Below are positions 28,307 to 36,786 of a stretch of DNA of 64,000 nucleotides, piece after piece. How positions within the stretch are numbered: position 1 is the stretch's first letter; every line of letters begins with the position of its first letter. The translations under genes were made by a program, and so were the position numbers. A model generated the notes under the pieces. That model saw only the letters and a list, made by a program, of their open reading frames with translations. It ran no database searches and had not been told where the DNA came from. The stretch spans positions 42,558 through 106,557 of the forward strand of contig JAPOYR010000008.1 in NCBI GenBank assembly GCA_026706485.1, written 5' to 3'. Source of the DNA: Chloroflexota bacterium. Its GTDB lineage: Bacteria > Chloroflexota > UBA11872.

Positions 28307-29199
28307 CTCCCGACGGGCTCGGCGACATCGAGCTGCGTCCCGCCCGTGAGGGCGATATCACCCAGTTCGACCGGCTGTGGGCCGAGGCCGAGCGGGAAGA
28401 CCCGTCGCCCGACGACGATTCCCTGCCGCTCTACGCCCACGAGCTGACCACCGGCGCCGTCTGGGTCGCCGCGCGCGGCGACCGCGTCGTCGGCATGGCG
28501 GCCGCGCTGATCCGCGGCGACGTGGCCGTGCTGGCGGAGCTGGCCGTCGCGGCCGACGTGCAGGACCGCGGCATTGGACGGCGCCTGCTGGCGGCCGTCA
28601 TGCCCGCCGACGTCCCCGAGCGCTTCACGCTGAGCTCGAGGGACCGGCGCGCCGTCGGTCTCTACGCCCGCGTCGGCATGACGCCGCGCTGGCCGGTCTA
28701 CGAGTTGCGCGCGGAGCAATTCGACCTCCAGTCGCTGGACGGCGGTGTCGAGGCCGCGGTGGCCGCCGTGGACGACCCGGCGTTCATTGCCTGGGACGCG
28801 CGCGTCGGCAAGCGTCACCGACCGCAGGACCTCACCTTCGTGGCCAACGAGGTGGCCGCGCAGCCGCTGTGGTTCCGGCGCGGCGGCGCGACCGTGGGCT
28901 ATGGCCTCGTGGCCCAGCGCATGGCGGACGAACCGAAGCAGTCGGGCACGTACGCCCTCGGCCCGCTCGGGGTTGGCGACCCCGCCGACGCCGGCGCCTG
29001 CGTGGCGGCCGCGCTGAAGTGGGCCCGGCCGCGGGCGCGGGCGGTGCGCCTTGACGTGCCCGCCCCGCACCCAGCCCTTGCCCCATTGCTGGAAGCCGGA
29101 TTCCGCATCGTGGAGGACGACCAGGTGTTCTGCTGCAGCAGCGCGGCGACCGCCGCCGACCTGGCGTCGTACCTCCCTACCTTCGTCGAGATCTACTAG
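28303..29199 (+). CDS. GNAT-family N-acetyltransferase with extra C-terminal domain
   Basis: LAVAADVQDRGIGRRLL (acetyl-CoA binding Q/RxxGxG/A). ATGA-type overlap with the upstream gene. Confidence 0.7.
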   Translation: MTPDGLGDIELRPAREGDITQFDRLWAEAEREDPSPDDDSLPLYAHELTTGAVWVAARGDRVVGMAAALIRGDVAVLAELAVAADVQDRGIGRRLLAAVMPADVPERFTLSSRDRRAVGLYARVGMTPRWPVYELRAEQFDLQSLDGGVEAAVAAVDDPAFIAWDARVGKRHRPQDLTFVANEVAAQPLWFRRGGATVGYGLVAQRMADEPKQSGTYALGPLGVGDPADAGACVAAALKWARPRARAVRLDVPAPHPALAPLLEAGFRIVEDDQVFCCSSAATAADLASYLPTFVEIY

Positions 29200-29291
29200 A
29201 CGCTCGTCAGACCGACGCCTGCCCGGCCTCCGGTTCGACCACGCGCGAGCCGTGTGGAACTATCACCCGGTTCGATCCCGACGCGAGTGCG

Positions 29292-30092
29292 ATGCGACCA
29301 AACACACTGCGTGAATTGCTCAACACCGGCCAGCCGTCGGTCGGCACCCACATCCTGGTCTCATGGCCGGGCGTGGTGGAACTCGTCGGACAGACCGGCG
29401 TCATCGACTACGTGGAGTTCGTGGGCGAATACGCGCCCTACGACCTCTATTCGCTGGAGAACATCGGGCGGGCCATCGAGCTGTTCGACCACCTCAGCGG
29501 CATGATGAAAGTCGAACAGGAGCCGCGGACGCACCTCGCGATTCGCTCCATCGGCTCGGGCATCCAGAACATCCTCTTTGCCGATGTGCACTCGGCCGAA
29601 GAGGCGGCGGACTGCGTGGCGGCGGTGCGCGCCGAAACACCGTCCACCGGCGGGCGGCACGGGGCCGGTTCCCGGCGCGACGTGGGCTACGGCTGGGAAA
29701 GCGCCGGCGGGGGGAAGGCCTTCGTCCAGGCGCTCGAAGATTCCGTGGTGGCGCTGATGATCGAGAAGGACGGCGCCGTCAAGGACATCGAGAACATCCT
29801 CGCCGTCAAGGGCGTCGACATGCTCCAGTTCGGTCCTGCCGACTACGCCATGAGCATCGATCTTCCCGGCGAATACTGGCATCCCCGCTGTAAGGCGGCG
29901 GAGGAGCACATCATCAAGACCGCGCTTGCCATGGGCAAGCACCCGCGCGCCGAGATCAGCTCGCCCGACCAGGCCAAGTACTACCTGGACCAGGGCGTGC
30001 GCCACTTCTCGATCGGCACCGACGTCCAGATTCTGCGCGACTGGTGGGCGCAGAACGCGGAGGGCGTGCGGGACGCGATCGCCGGGCACTAG
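29292..30092 (+). CDS. HpcH/HpaI-family 2-keto-3-deoxy-acid aldolase
   Basis: The N-terminus MRPNTLRELLNTGQPSVGTHI and the length match HpcH/RhmA/GarL-type aldolases. Pairing with an enolase-superfamily dehydratase resembles the rhmD/rhmA logic. Confidence 0.8.
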   Translation: MRPNTLRELLNTGQPSVGTHILVSWPGVVELVGQTGVIDYVEFVGEYAPYDLYSLENIGRAIELFDHLSGMMKVEQEPRTHLAIRSIGSGIQNILFADVHSAEEAADCVAAVRAETPSTGGRHGAGSRRDVGYGWESAGGGKAFVQALEDSVVALMIEKDGAVKDIENILAVKGVDMLQFGPADYAMSIDLPGEYWHPRCKAAEEHIIKTALAMGKHPRAEISSPDQAKYYLDQGVRHFSIGTDVQILRDWWAQNAEGVRDAIAGH

Positions 30093-30108
30093 GCCCGAGG
30101 CAATCTCG

Positions 30109-30756
30109 GTGCACGCCGTCGTAGCGCTCGGCGGTGACGCCGAGCCGACCCACGTCCGGCGGGCGCTCGCGCGCGCGCAGATTGTCATCGCCGCCGACGG
30201 CGGCGCCGCCCACGTTGAGGCTGCCCGGGGCGTCTGCGACGTGATCGTTGGAGATCAGGACTCGGTTCCGGCCGCGACCCTCGACCGAGCGCGCGCCGCC
30301 GGCGCGGACATCCGCGATTTCCCCACCGCCAAGGACGCCACGGACGGTGAGCTGGCGCTGCGCGAGGCCCTGAGCCGTGGAGCTACGTCCATCACCATCG
30401 TCGGCGCGTTGGGCGGACCGCGGGTGGATCACCTGCTGGCCAACGTCGGGCTGCTGGCGCACCCGGACCTGCGCGACGTCGACGCCGTGATCGAGGACGC
30501 CGCGCATCGGATCTGGCTCGTCGGCGGATCGTCGGCCTGGCGCGGCGCGGCCGGCGACTGCGTGACCCTGCTCGCCGTCGGCGGCGACGCACACGGCGTC
30601 ACCACCCAGGGTCTTCGCTATGCCCTGCGGGACGGTGTGCTCCCGCACGGCTCCAGCCTCGGGGTCAGCAACGAAATGACCGATCCGCAAGCCGAAGTCT
30701 CCGTCGCCCGCGGCTCCGTGCTCGTGATCCACGAGTATCGCCGAGCCGCCGGCTAA
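30109..30756 (+). CDS. Thiamine pyrophosphokinase
   Basis: AADGGA...VGDQDS...KDATDGELAL...GALGGPRVDHLLANV are canonical TPK motifs. The in-frame GTG at 30109 is the start. Confidence 0.8.
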   Translation: MHAVVALGGDAEPTHVRRALARAQIVIAADGGAAHVEAARGVCDVIVGDQDSVPAATLDRARAAGADIRDFPTAKDATDGELALREALSRGATSITIVGALGGPRVDHLLANVGLLAHPDLRDVDAVIEDAAHRIWLVGGSSAWRGAAGDCVTLLAVGGDAHGVTTQGLRYALRDGVLPHGSSLGVSNEMTDPQAEVSVARGSVLVIHEYRRAAG

Positions 30757-30766
30757 GGCGTACATC

Positions 30767-30910
30767 GGTGGCCCGCGCTGCGTGCAGCGTGGGAGTTCGC
30801 GCCGGCCTGACGACCTGACTCCCTGACGTGCCATTCCCAACGCCGTGAGGATTCCGCGGACGCTGGGCCCGCCCCCGGCCTCTTAAGTTTCTCGCTCCGC
30901 TCGAAATGAC
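30767..30910. repeat. Repeat cluster: family A (30767-30796) and family B variant (30882-30910)
   Basis: GGTGGCCCGCGCTGCGTGCAGCGTGGGAG and CTTAAGTTTCTCGCTCCGCTCGAAATGAC. Confidence 0.85.
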
Positions 30911-31030
30911 ATGGCGAGGGCTGAAAATGACAGCGGTGTTGCCATGTAAAAAAAGTCCACGCCCGCAATGTGCGGTGTAGAATCTTGGGCCGGGGGGCAA
31001 TGGCGCCCGCTCTGGTGAATCTGGAGGCCG

Positions 31031-31360
31031 ATGATGGGATCCAGGAAGAAAGTCCTCGTGGGGACCGCAGCGCTCGCCGCCGCCGTCGGGACGCTACTTG
31101 GTATATGGCTTTGGCTGCTGTATTCGCCCATCCCGCCACCTACCGAAGCCGTGTCCATCCCCAGCGCTACCGCGGCGATCCAGCAATCGGGCGTCTCGGC
31201 GAGCGGCTTCGCCGCAGGGGTGGCGGCCATGCTGGTGGGCGTGATCTACGTCAGCGCCGTCGCGGCGATCCTGTGGTTTCTGCTCGCGTTGGCCTGGCGG
31301 GCCTTCGTGCACCTCGGGCATCGGCACCGGGAATACGAACGGCGGCACACGGGCGTCTGA
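31031..31360 (+). CDS. Small two-TM membrane protein, hypothetical
   Basis: 109-aa ORF with GGAGG 5 nt upstream of ATG and two hydrophobic helices. It sits between repeat clusters. Confidence 0.5.
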   Translation: MMGSRKKVLVGTAALAAAVGTLLGIWLWLLYSPIPPPTEAVSIPSATAAIQQSGVSASGFAAGVAAMLVGVIYVSAVAAILWFLLALAWRAFVHLGHRHREYERRHTGV

Positions 31361-31376
31361 CGCGAGTCCAGATCCG

Positions 31377-31587
31377 GTGGCCCGCGCTGCGCGCAGCGTG
31401 GGACTGGCCGCCGCGCCCTCCCCCTCCGAGTCGTTCGCCGCCCGCCGCCGGACCGCCACGTCCGTCATTCCGAACGCCCCTCCTGTCATTCCGAACGCCC
31501 CTCCTGTCATTCCGAACGCAGTGAGGAATCTAAGGCCGCTGCGTCTTCTCCCGGCCCCTTAGATTTCTCGCTCCGCTCGAAATGACA
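31377..31587. repeat. Repeat cluster: family A, 21-bp tandem (x2.5), and a family B / inverted B pair
   Basis: A lies at 31377-31404. GTCATTCCGAACGCCCCTCCT is repeated in tandem from 31464. A full B unit at 31506-31535 faces an inverted B variant at 31558-31587. Confidence 0.9.
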
Positions 31588-31684
31588 GGGGTGAGACGCC
31601 AGACTAGCCATCCCGTAGGCCGCGAGGTTCTTCAGACGCTCGTGCACGGGCGGATGGGAGTCGGCAGACGCAGGCTCGAGCCTG

Positions 31685-32050
31685 TCAGTCCTTCGAAGAA
31701 ATCTCCGCCACCATGGTTTCGACCAGGCTGGACGGATTCGACGGAAACACCCTATCGCTGTGGAAACTCCCCTCCCGATAGTCATTCGACGTTCGCGACA
31801 GCCAGGCCATTCGCGCGCGCCACTGTCCGCCGCCGCCCCCGTTCTTGAGCAGCCGCAACACTTCGAGACGCGCCTCCGCCCGTGCGCGAAGGAAGTCACA
31901 CGCGAAGTCCTCGTCGCCGTGAATCCAGTTGTCCAGAGTCTTTCGCGTCACGCCCGCCAACGCCGCGCAATCTCCCAGCGTCAGGCCGTCGCCAGCCGCA
32001 GCCACCAATCGGCGGCGCACTTTCGGGGTGAGCTTTGTGGGTCGTGCCAT
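31685..32050 (-). CDS. Phage terminase small subunit-like HTH protein (orphan)
   Basis: MARPTKLTPKVRRRLVAAAGDGLTLGDCAALAGVTRKTLDNWIHGDEDFACDFLRARAEA matches the TerS-type N-terminal HTH pattern (RPTK.TPE ... G.S...A...GV...T...W......F...RA). ATG 32050 taken as the start. An AT-rich TACAAT-containing region lies upstream. Confidence 0.55.
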   Translation of the reverse strand: MARPTKLTPKVRRRLVAAAGDGLTLGDCAALAGVTRKTLDNWIHGDEDFACDFLRARAEARLEVLRLLKNGGGGGQWRARMAWLSRTSNDYREGSFHSDRVFPSNPSSLVETMVAEISSKD

Positions 32051-32220
32051 TGCGTTACCATTGTAATCAAATTGTATCCAGCGCCCCAAAGGCATTTTTC
32101 ACAGATCGGAATATAGTTCGTATTCGAAGTTAAAGCCCGAACGTGTATAAAAACCCCGCCCACCGCCTCGCGGGATTCCGCCCCGGCAGCCCATAGACTT
32201 GAGCGCCGGCACGGAGTTGC

Positions 32221-33993
32221 GTGAGCCGGGGGGCGCACGTGGTGGAACTGGAGCTGTTCGGCGAGCTGGCGGTCATTGGCGGACTGGCCGTGGCCACCGC
32301 GATTGGGCTGCATCGCTTCGGCCTTCCGTCGACCGTCGGCTTCCTCGTCACCGGCGCCATCGCCGGACCGCACGGCCTCCGACTGGTCGGCGACCCGGAG
32401 CACATCGAGCAAATCGCCGAACTGGGCGTGATCCTGCTCCTGTTCGCGGTTGGGCTCGAGTTCTCCCTCACGCGCCTGCGCTTCATCTGGAAGGCGGTCG
32501 CGTTCGGCGGCTCGTTGCAGGTGGGCGTCACGACGCTGGCCACGCTTGCCATTTTGGTAATCGCCGGAGACACCGTCGCGCGCGGCATTGTCTTCGGGCT
32601 TGTGGTGGCGCTCTCGAGCACGGTGGTCGTGCTGCGCGTGCTCACGGTTCGCGGCGAGCTGGATGCGCCGCACGGACGCTTCATCGTCGGGGCGCTCATC
32701 TTTCAGGACCTCTTGGTGATCCCGCTGACGTTACTGGTGCCGGCGCTGGCCGGCGGCGAGGGCACCGGAGTCGCCGTGGAGGTCGCGTGGGAGCTGCTTC
32801 GCGCGGCATTGGCGGTGGTCGCCCTGCTCGTCGTGGCGCGATTCCTGATCCCGCGAGTCTTTCGCGCCGTGGACGCCACCCGCACGCGCGAGGTCTTTCT
32901 GCTCACCGTGATCTCGATCGCCCTGGGCTCCGCCTGGCTGATGAGCCAGCTCGGGCTGTCGGTGGCCCTGGGCGCGTTCCTTGCCGGAATGCTCCTCGCC
33001 GACACCGACTACGGGCACCGCGCGACCAGCGACATCATTCCCCTGCGCGACGCATTTACCAGCTTTTTCTTCATCTCGCTCGGGATGATCTTCGATTGGC
33101 GGGTGTTCGCGGACTCCCCCCTGCTTGCGGTGCTGATCGTTCTCGGCCTCGTCTTCGGCAAGGCCCTGGTGGCCTCGCTGGCGGCGCTGGCCATGCGAAA
33201 CCCGGCGAGCGTGGCCTGGCGGTCGGGCATCTCGCTGGCGCAGTTTGGCGAGTTCGGCTACGTGGTGCTCCTGATCGGCGCCGGCGTGGGACTGGTCACC
33301 GACCTGGAGCTGCGCCTGGTTGTCACGACGGGCGTCGTCAGCATCGTGATTTCGCGGATCCTCATGCATTGGACCGGCGGCCTGCATGCGGGAGAGACCC
33401 TGCTGCGCCCGCTGGAACGGCTGCTGCGCGCCCGCGGCATGGACGAGCCGACGGCGCAGGACGCCCGCCTCAGCGACCACGTGGTGATCGCGGGCTACGG
33501 CGTCGCGGGCCGGCTGCTCGCGCGCACGCTGGCACAGGCGGACGTGCCCTATGTGGTCCTGGAGGTCGACCCCGACCGCGTGCGTGAGGGTCAGCGCGAG
33601 CACGCGCACGTCTACTACGGCGACGTCACCAGCCACGAGGCGCTCGAGCACGCGCGTCTCAGTCACGCGCGCGTGCTGGTCATGCTGGTCAACGACCGCG
33701 TGGCCATGCGCCGCGGCATCGGACTCGCGCGGGCCGATTGCCCGGACGTCCCGATCCTCGCGCGCACTCGCTACCTGTCCGACCGCGACGATCTGGTCGC
33801 CCTGGGAGCCGACCACGTCGTGTGCGAGGAGGTGGAAGGCGGCACCGAGATGACCGCGCGCGTGCTCAAATCCCTGGGTCTCGCCACGCCCGCCATCTAC
33901 GACGAGATCAACACCGCGCTCGGCTCATCGACCGACGAGTTTCTCACCGGGGCGATGGACGACTGGACCGAAGCCACCGATCGAACGCCGTGA
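32221..33993 (+). CDS. CPA2-family monovalent cation:proton antiporter with RCK/TrkA-N domain (Kef-type)
   Basis: A Na_H exchanger-like membrane domain followed by VVIAGYGVAGRLLARTL (Rossmann GxGxxG of the RCK domain). Confidence 0.9.
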   Translation: MSRGAHVVELELFGELAVIGGLAVATAIGLHRFGLPSTVGFLVTGAIAGPHGLRLVGDPEHIEQIAELGVILLLFAVGLEFSLTRLRFIWKAVAFGGSLQVGVTTLATLAILVIAGDTVARGIVFGLVVALSSTVVVLRVLTVRGELDAPHGRFIVGALIFQDLLVIPLTLLVPALAGGEGTGVAVEVAWELLRAALAVVALLVVARFLIPRVFRAVDATRTREVFLLTVISIALGSAWLMSQLGLSVALGAFLAGMLLADTDYGHRATSDIIPLRDAFTSFFFISLGMIFDWRVFADSPLLAVLIVLGLVFGKALVASLAALAMRNPASVAWRSGISLAQFGEFGYVVLLIGAGVGLVTDLELRLVVTTGVVSIVISRILMHWTGGLHAGETLLRPLERLLRARGMDEPTAQDARLSDHVVIAGYGVAGRLLARTLAQADVPYVVLEVDPDRVREGQREHAHVYYGDVTSHEALEHARLSHARVLVMLVNDRVAMRRGIGLARADCPDVPILARTRYLSDRDDLVALGADHVVCEEVEGGTEMTARVLKSLGLATPAIYDEINTALGSSTDEFLTGAMDDWTEATDRTP

Positions 33994-34115
33994 CCGACCT
34001 TCAGTCAGGGGCCAAAACGGCGCATTCGTGCGATGCCGCGGGCAGAGGCTTAGAATTAGGCGAGTGACCGTGCCGCGATCGCCGTGATCGCCACGCGCAG
34101 CGAGTAGCGCCTCAT

Positions 34116-34997
34116 ATGGAAAAGAACACTCTCACCGTCAAGCGCGGGCTGGCCCAGATGCTCAAGGGCGGCGTCATCATGGACGTCGTCACGGCCGAAC
34201 AGGCCAAGATTGCCGAGGACGCCGGCGCGGCGGCCGTCATGGCCCTCGAGCGCGTGCCCGCCGACATTCGCGCCCACGGCGGCGTGGCGCGCATGGCCGA
34301 TCCCGAGAAGATCATCGAGATCCAGGCGGCGGTGACCATCCCGGTGATGGCCAAGTGCCGCATCGGCCACTTCGTCGAAGCCGAATTGCTTCAGGCCCTG
34401 GGCGTGGACTACGTCGACGAGTCCGAGGTCCTGACGCCGGCGGACGAGGCGCACCACGTGGACAAGCACGGGTTCGACGTGCCGTTCGTCTGCGGCTGCC
34501 GCAACATCGGCGAGGCGCTGCGCCGCATTGGCGAGGGCGCCGCCATGATCCGCACCAAGGGCGAGGCCGGCACCGGCGACGTGGTCGAGGCCGTGCGCCA
34601 CATGCGCGCGGTCATGGGCGATCTGCGCCGGCTCACCACCATGCGCGAGGACGAGCTGGCGACTTTCGCCAAGGACGTGCAGGCGCCGCTGGACCTGGTC
34701 GCGTCGGTAGCCCGCGAGGGCCGCCTGCCGGTGGTGAACTTCGCCGCGGGCGGCGTGGCCACGCCGGCGGACGCGGCGCTGATGATGCGGCTCGGCGCCG
34801 ACGGCGTTTTCGTGGGCAGCGGCATCTTCAAGTCCAGCGACCCCGCCATTCGCGCCAAGGCCGTGGTGGAAGCCACCACCCACTACCAGGACGCCGGCAT
34901 CATCGCCACCGCCTCCCGCGGCCTCGGCGAGCCCATGACGGGCATTGCCCGCGACACCCTCGCGCCGGAGGAGCTCCTCGCAACCCGTGGGTGGTAG
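34116..34997 (+). CDS. pdxS: Pyridoxal 5'-phosphate synthase lyase subunit
   Basis: [41 protein letters not shown] and the rest of the protein are highly conserved PdxS sequence. Confidence 0.95.
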   Translation: MEKNTLTVKRGLAQMLKGGVIMDVVTAEQAKIAEDAGAAAVMALERVPADIRAHGGVARMADPEKIIEIQAAVTIPVMAKCRIGHFVEAELLQALGVDYVDESEVLTPADEAHHVDKHGFDVPFVCGCRNIGEALRRIGEGAAMIRTKGEAGTGDVVEAVRHMRAVMGDLRRLTTMREDELATFAKDVQAPLDLVASVAREGRLPVVNFAAGGVATPADAALMMRLGADGVFVGSGIFKSSDPAIRAKAVVEATTHYQDAGIIATASRGLGEPMTGIARDTLAPEELLATRGW

Positions 34998-35009
34998 GCC
35001 GCCGCGCGC

Positions 35010-35588
35010 GTGACCCCCGTCATCGGTGTGCTGGCCCTGCAGGGCGATTTCGCCGAGCACACCGCCATGCTGCGCGGGCTCGGGGTCGAATCGCGCGAGG
35101 TGCGCGTACCCCGCGACCTGGAGGGTATTGACGGGCTGGTGATTCCAGGCGGCGAGAGCACGACGATCGGCAAGCTGCTGGAGATGTACGCGCTGCTGGA
35201 GCCGGTCCGCGATCTCGGCGCGTCCGGGTTTCCAATCTGGGGAACCTGCGCCGGGTTGATTCTGCTCGCCAAGGACGTGGGGAAGTCGCAGCCGCTGCTA
35301 GGCCTGATGGACATGACGGTCGAGCGCAACGCCTTCGGTCGCCAAATCGACAGCTTCGAGACCGAGCTCGACGTCGAGGGCGTGCCGGGCGGCGCGTTTC
35401 ACGCGGTGTTCATTCGCGCGCCGATTGTTGGCAGCGTGGGCGACGCGGTGGACGTGCTCGCGAGGCTGGACGACGGCCGCATCGTCGCGGTGCGGCAAGG
35501 CAACCTGCTTGGCACGGCCTTCCATCCCGAGCTGACTGCCGACGCGCGCCTGCACCGCCTCTTCGTCGACATGGCGCACGCCGCATGA
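35010..35588 (+). CDS. pdxT: Pyridoxal 5'-phosphate synthase glutaminase subunit
   Basis: IGVLALQGDF, GTCAG (catalytic Cys) and FHPE. Confidence 0.95.
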   Translation: MTPVIGVLALQGDFAEHTAMLRGLGVESREVRVPRDLEGIDGLVIPGGESTTIGKLLEMYALLEPVRDLGASGFPIWGTCAGLILLAKDVGKSQPLLGLMDMTVERNAFGRQIDSFETELDVEGVPGGAFHAVFIRAPIVGSVGDAVDVLARLDDGRIVAVRQGNLLGTAFHPELTADARLHRLFVDMAHAA

Positions 35589-35609
35589 GCGACGCCGGCT
35601 CCACGCTCC

Positions 35610-35759
35610 GGTGGCCCAGGCTGCGTGCAGCCTGGGAGTTTTCCCCGGCCAGGAATCGCCCCCTCGTCCCCGCATCAGGATTGGAACACTCGATGTCTTT
35701 GTTCGGCGAGGAGACGTCTGCGAGTCCTTGTAAGGGCGGGTTTGAAACCCGCCCCTACC
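35610..35759. repeat. Repeat cluster: family A variant (35610-35640) and family F (35731-35759)
   Basis: GGTGGCCCAGGCTGCGTGCAGCCTGGGAG and GGGCGGGTTTGAAACCCGCCCCTACC. Confidence 0.85.
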
Positions 35760-35778
35760 GCGGGCAGGCGGCAACCGC

Positions 35779-36783
35779 ATGAACGTCACCGGCTCCACAC
35801 TCGGTCCCTGGCACATTCCGACCATTGTCGGGACCTTCGTGCTGGCCAATCTGCCGCGCGTGGACGTGGTCACCTACCAGGGTCGCCATGTGCCGGCGCT
35901 CATGGCCGCCGGCGCCGCGCTGCCCACCGTGGCGCCCGACCTGCAAGCGGTTGGGGCCTGGACCGGCGCGCGTCTGCGTGGATTCGGCCTGCTGCGCTGC
36001 GCCCCGGCGGCGCGCCGCGCCAGCGTCGAGGCCCTGACTCTGCTGGCGCCGCGTGTATCAGCTACATCCGGCGACCCAGCCGGCCCGCTCCAACTGGAAA
36101 CCGCCGAGGCCATGCTGCAGCGGCTTGCCGGATGCGCCGCCGCCCAGGGACGTCCGATCCTCGCGGCGCGCCTGTGGGAGAACAGCCCGTACGCCTCGGC
36201 CTTCACCGCCGGCGGCTTCTCCTCCGCGGCCATCGAGCACGAGTACGAGCGAGCGCCGGGCCCGGTGAGCGCCGTGCCGGAGATCGACGGACTGCGACCG
36301 CAGGAAGCCCCCGATGCCTGGGACGTGATGCAGCTCTATCGCGCCACCACGCCTGCCGCCGTGCAACGCGCCGAAGCGCGCACCATGGAGGAAATGGAAC
36401 AACCGCCGCCGCGCAGCGCCGGCCTCTGGCGGTGGCTGAGCGACGTTGCCATCGAACGCCACGTGGTCGCCGACGAGCACGGACTCGTCGCCTGGCTGGA
36501 GCTGCGCATGGACGCCGGGGAGAGTCATCGGCTGACGCTCATGCTCCACCCGCGTGGCCACCACCAGGCGCGCGCGCTGCTGCACTGGGCGCTGTGGCGA
36601 TTGGGCGCCGCGGCGCCGCGTCCCGTGCGCATTCAGATCCGCGAACCCGACTCGCCGATCGGCTCGGCCCTCGACGCGCTGGGATTCACGCACGCCAACA
36701 GCCACGCGCTCATGGTCAGGGAGGTGGCGGTGCCGGCGGCGGCGCAGGTGCGCGGCGTCGTGCTGGACGGAGCGCCCGGATAG
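35779..36783 (+). CDS. Hypothetical protein, possibly tandem GNAT-like folds
   Basis: 334-aa ORF ending 3 nt before the next gene. It shows weak acyl-CoA N-acyltransferase-like segments but no clear motif. Confidence 0.5.
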   Translation: MNVTGSTLGPWHIPTIVGTFVLANLPRVDVVTYQGRHVPALMAAGAALPTVAPDLQAVGAWTGARLRGFGLLRCAPAARRASVEALTLLAPRVSATSGDPAGPLQLETAEAMLQRLAGCAAAQGRPILAARLWENSPYASAFTAGGFSSAAIEHEYERAPGPVSAVPEIDGLRPQEAPDAWDVMQLYRATTPAAVQRAEARTMEEMEQPPPRSAGLWRWLSDVAIERHVVADEHGLVAWLELRMDAGESHRLTLMLHPRGHHQARALLHWALWRLGAAAPRPVRIQIREPDSPIGSALDALGFTHANSHALMVREVAVPAAAQVRGVVLDGAPG

Positions 36784-36786
36784 CCC

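Noticed and set aside
31464-31535. Possible CRISPR array (short direct repeats), also considered for the 186-bp-period repeat at 61769-62092.
   Set aside because: There are only 2-3 units with no unique spacers of regular length. The units belong to dispersed repeat families found all over the window, and no cas genes are present.
32096-32220. A c-di-AMP (ydaO/kimA-type) riboswitch upstream of the Kef-type K+ transporter.
   Set aside because: I could not recognise the pseudo-two-fold ydaO consensus. The most conserved part of the leader recurs at 60140-60183, where no transporter follows. This would need cmsearch to exclude formally.
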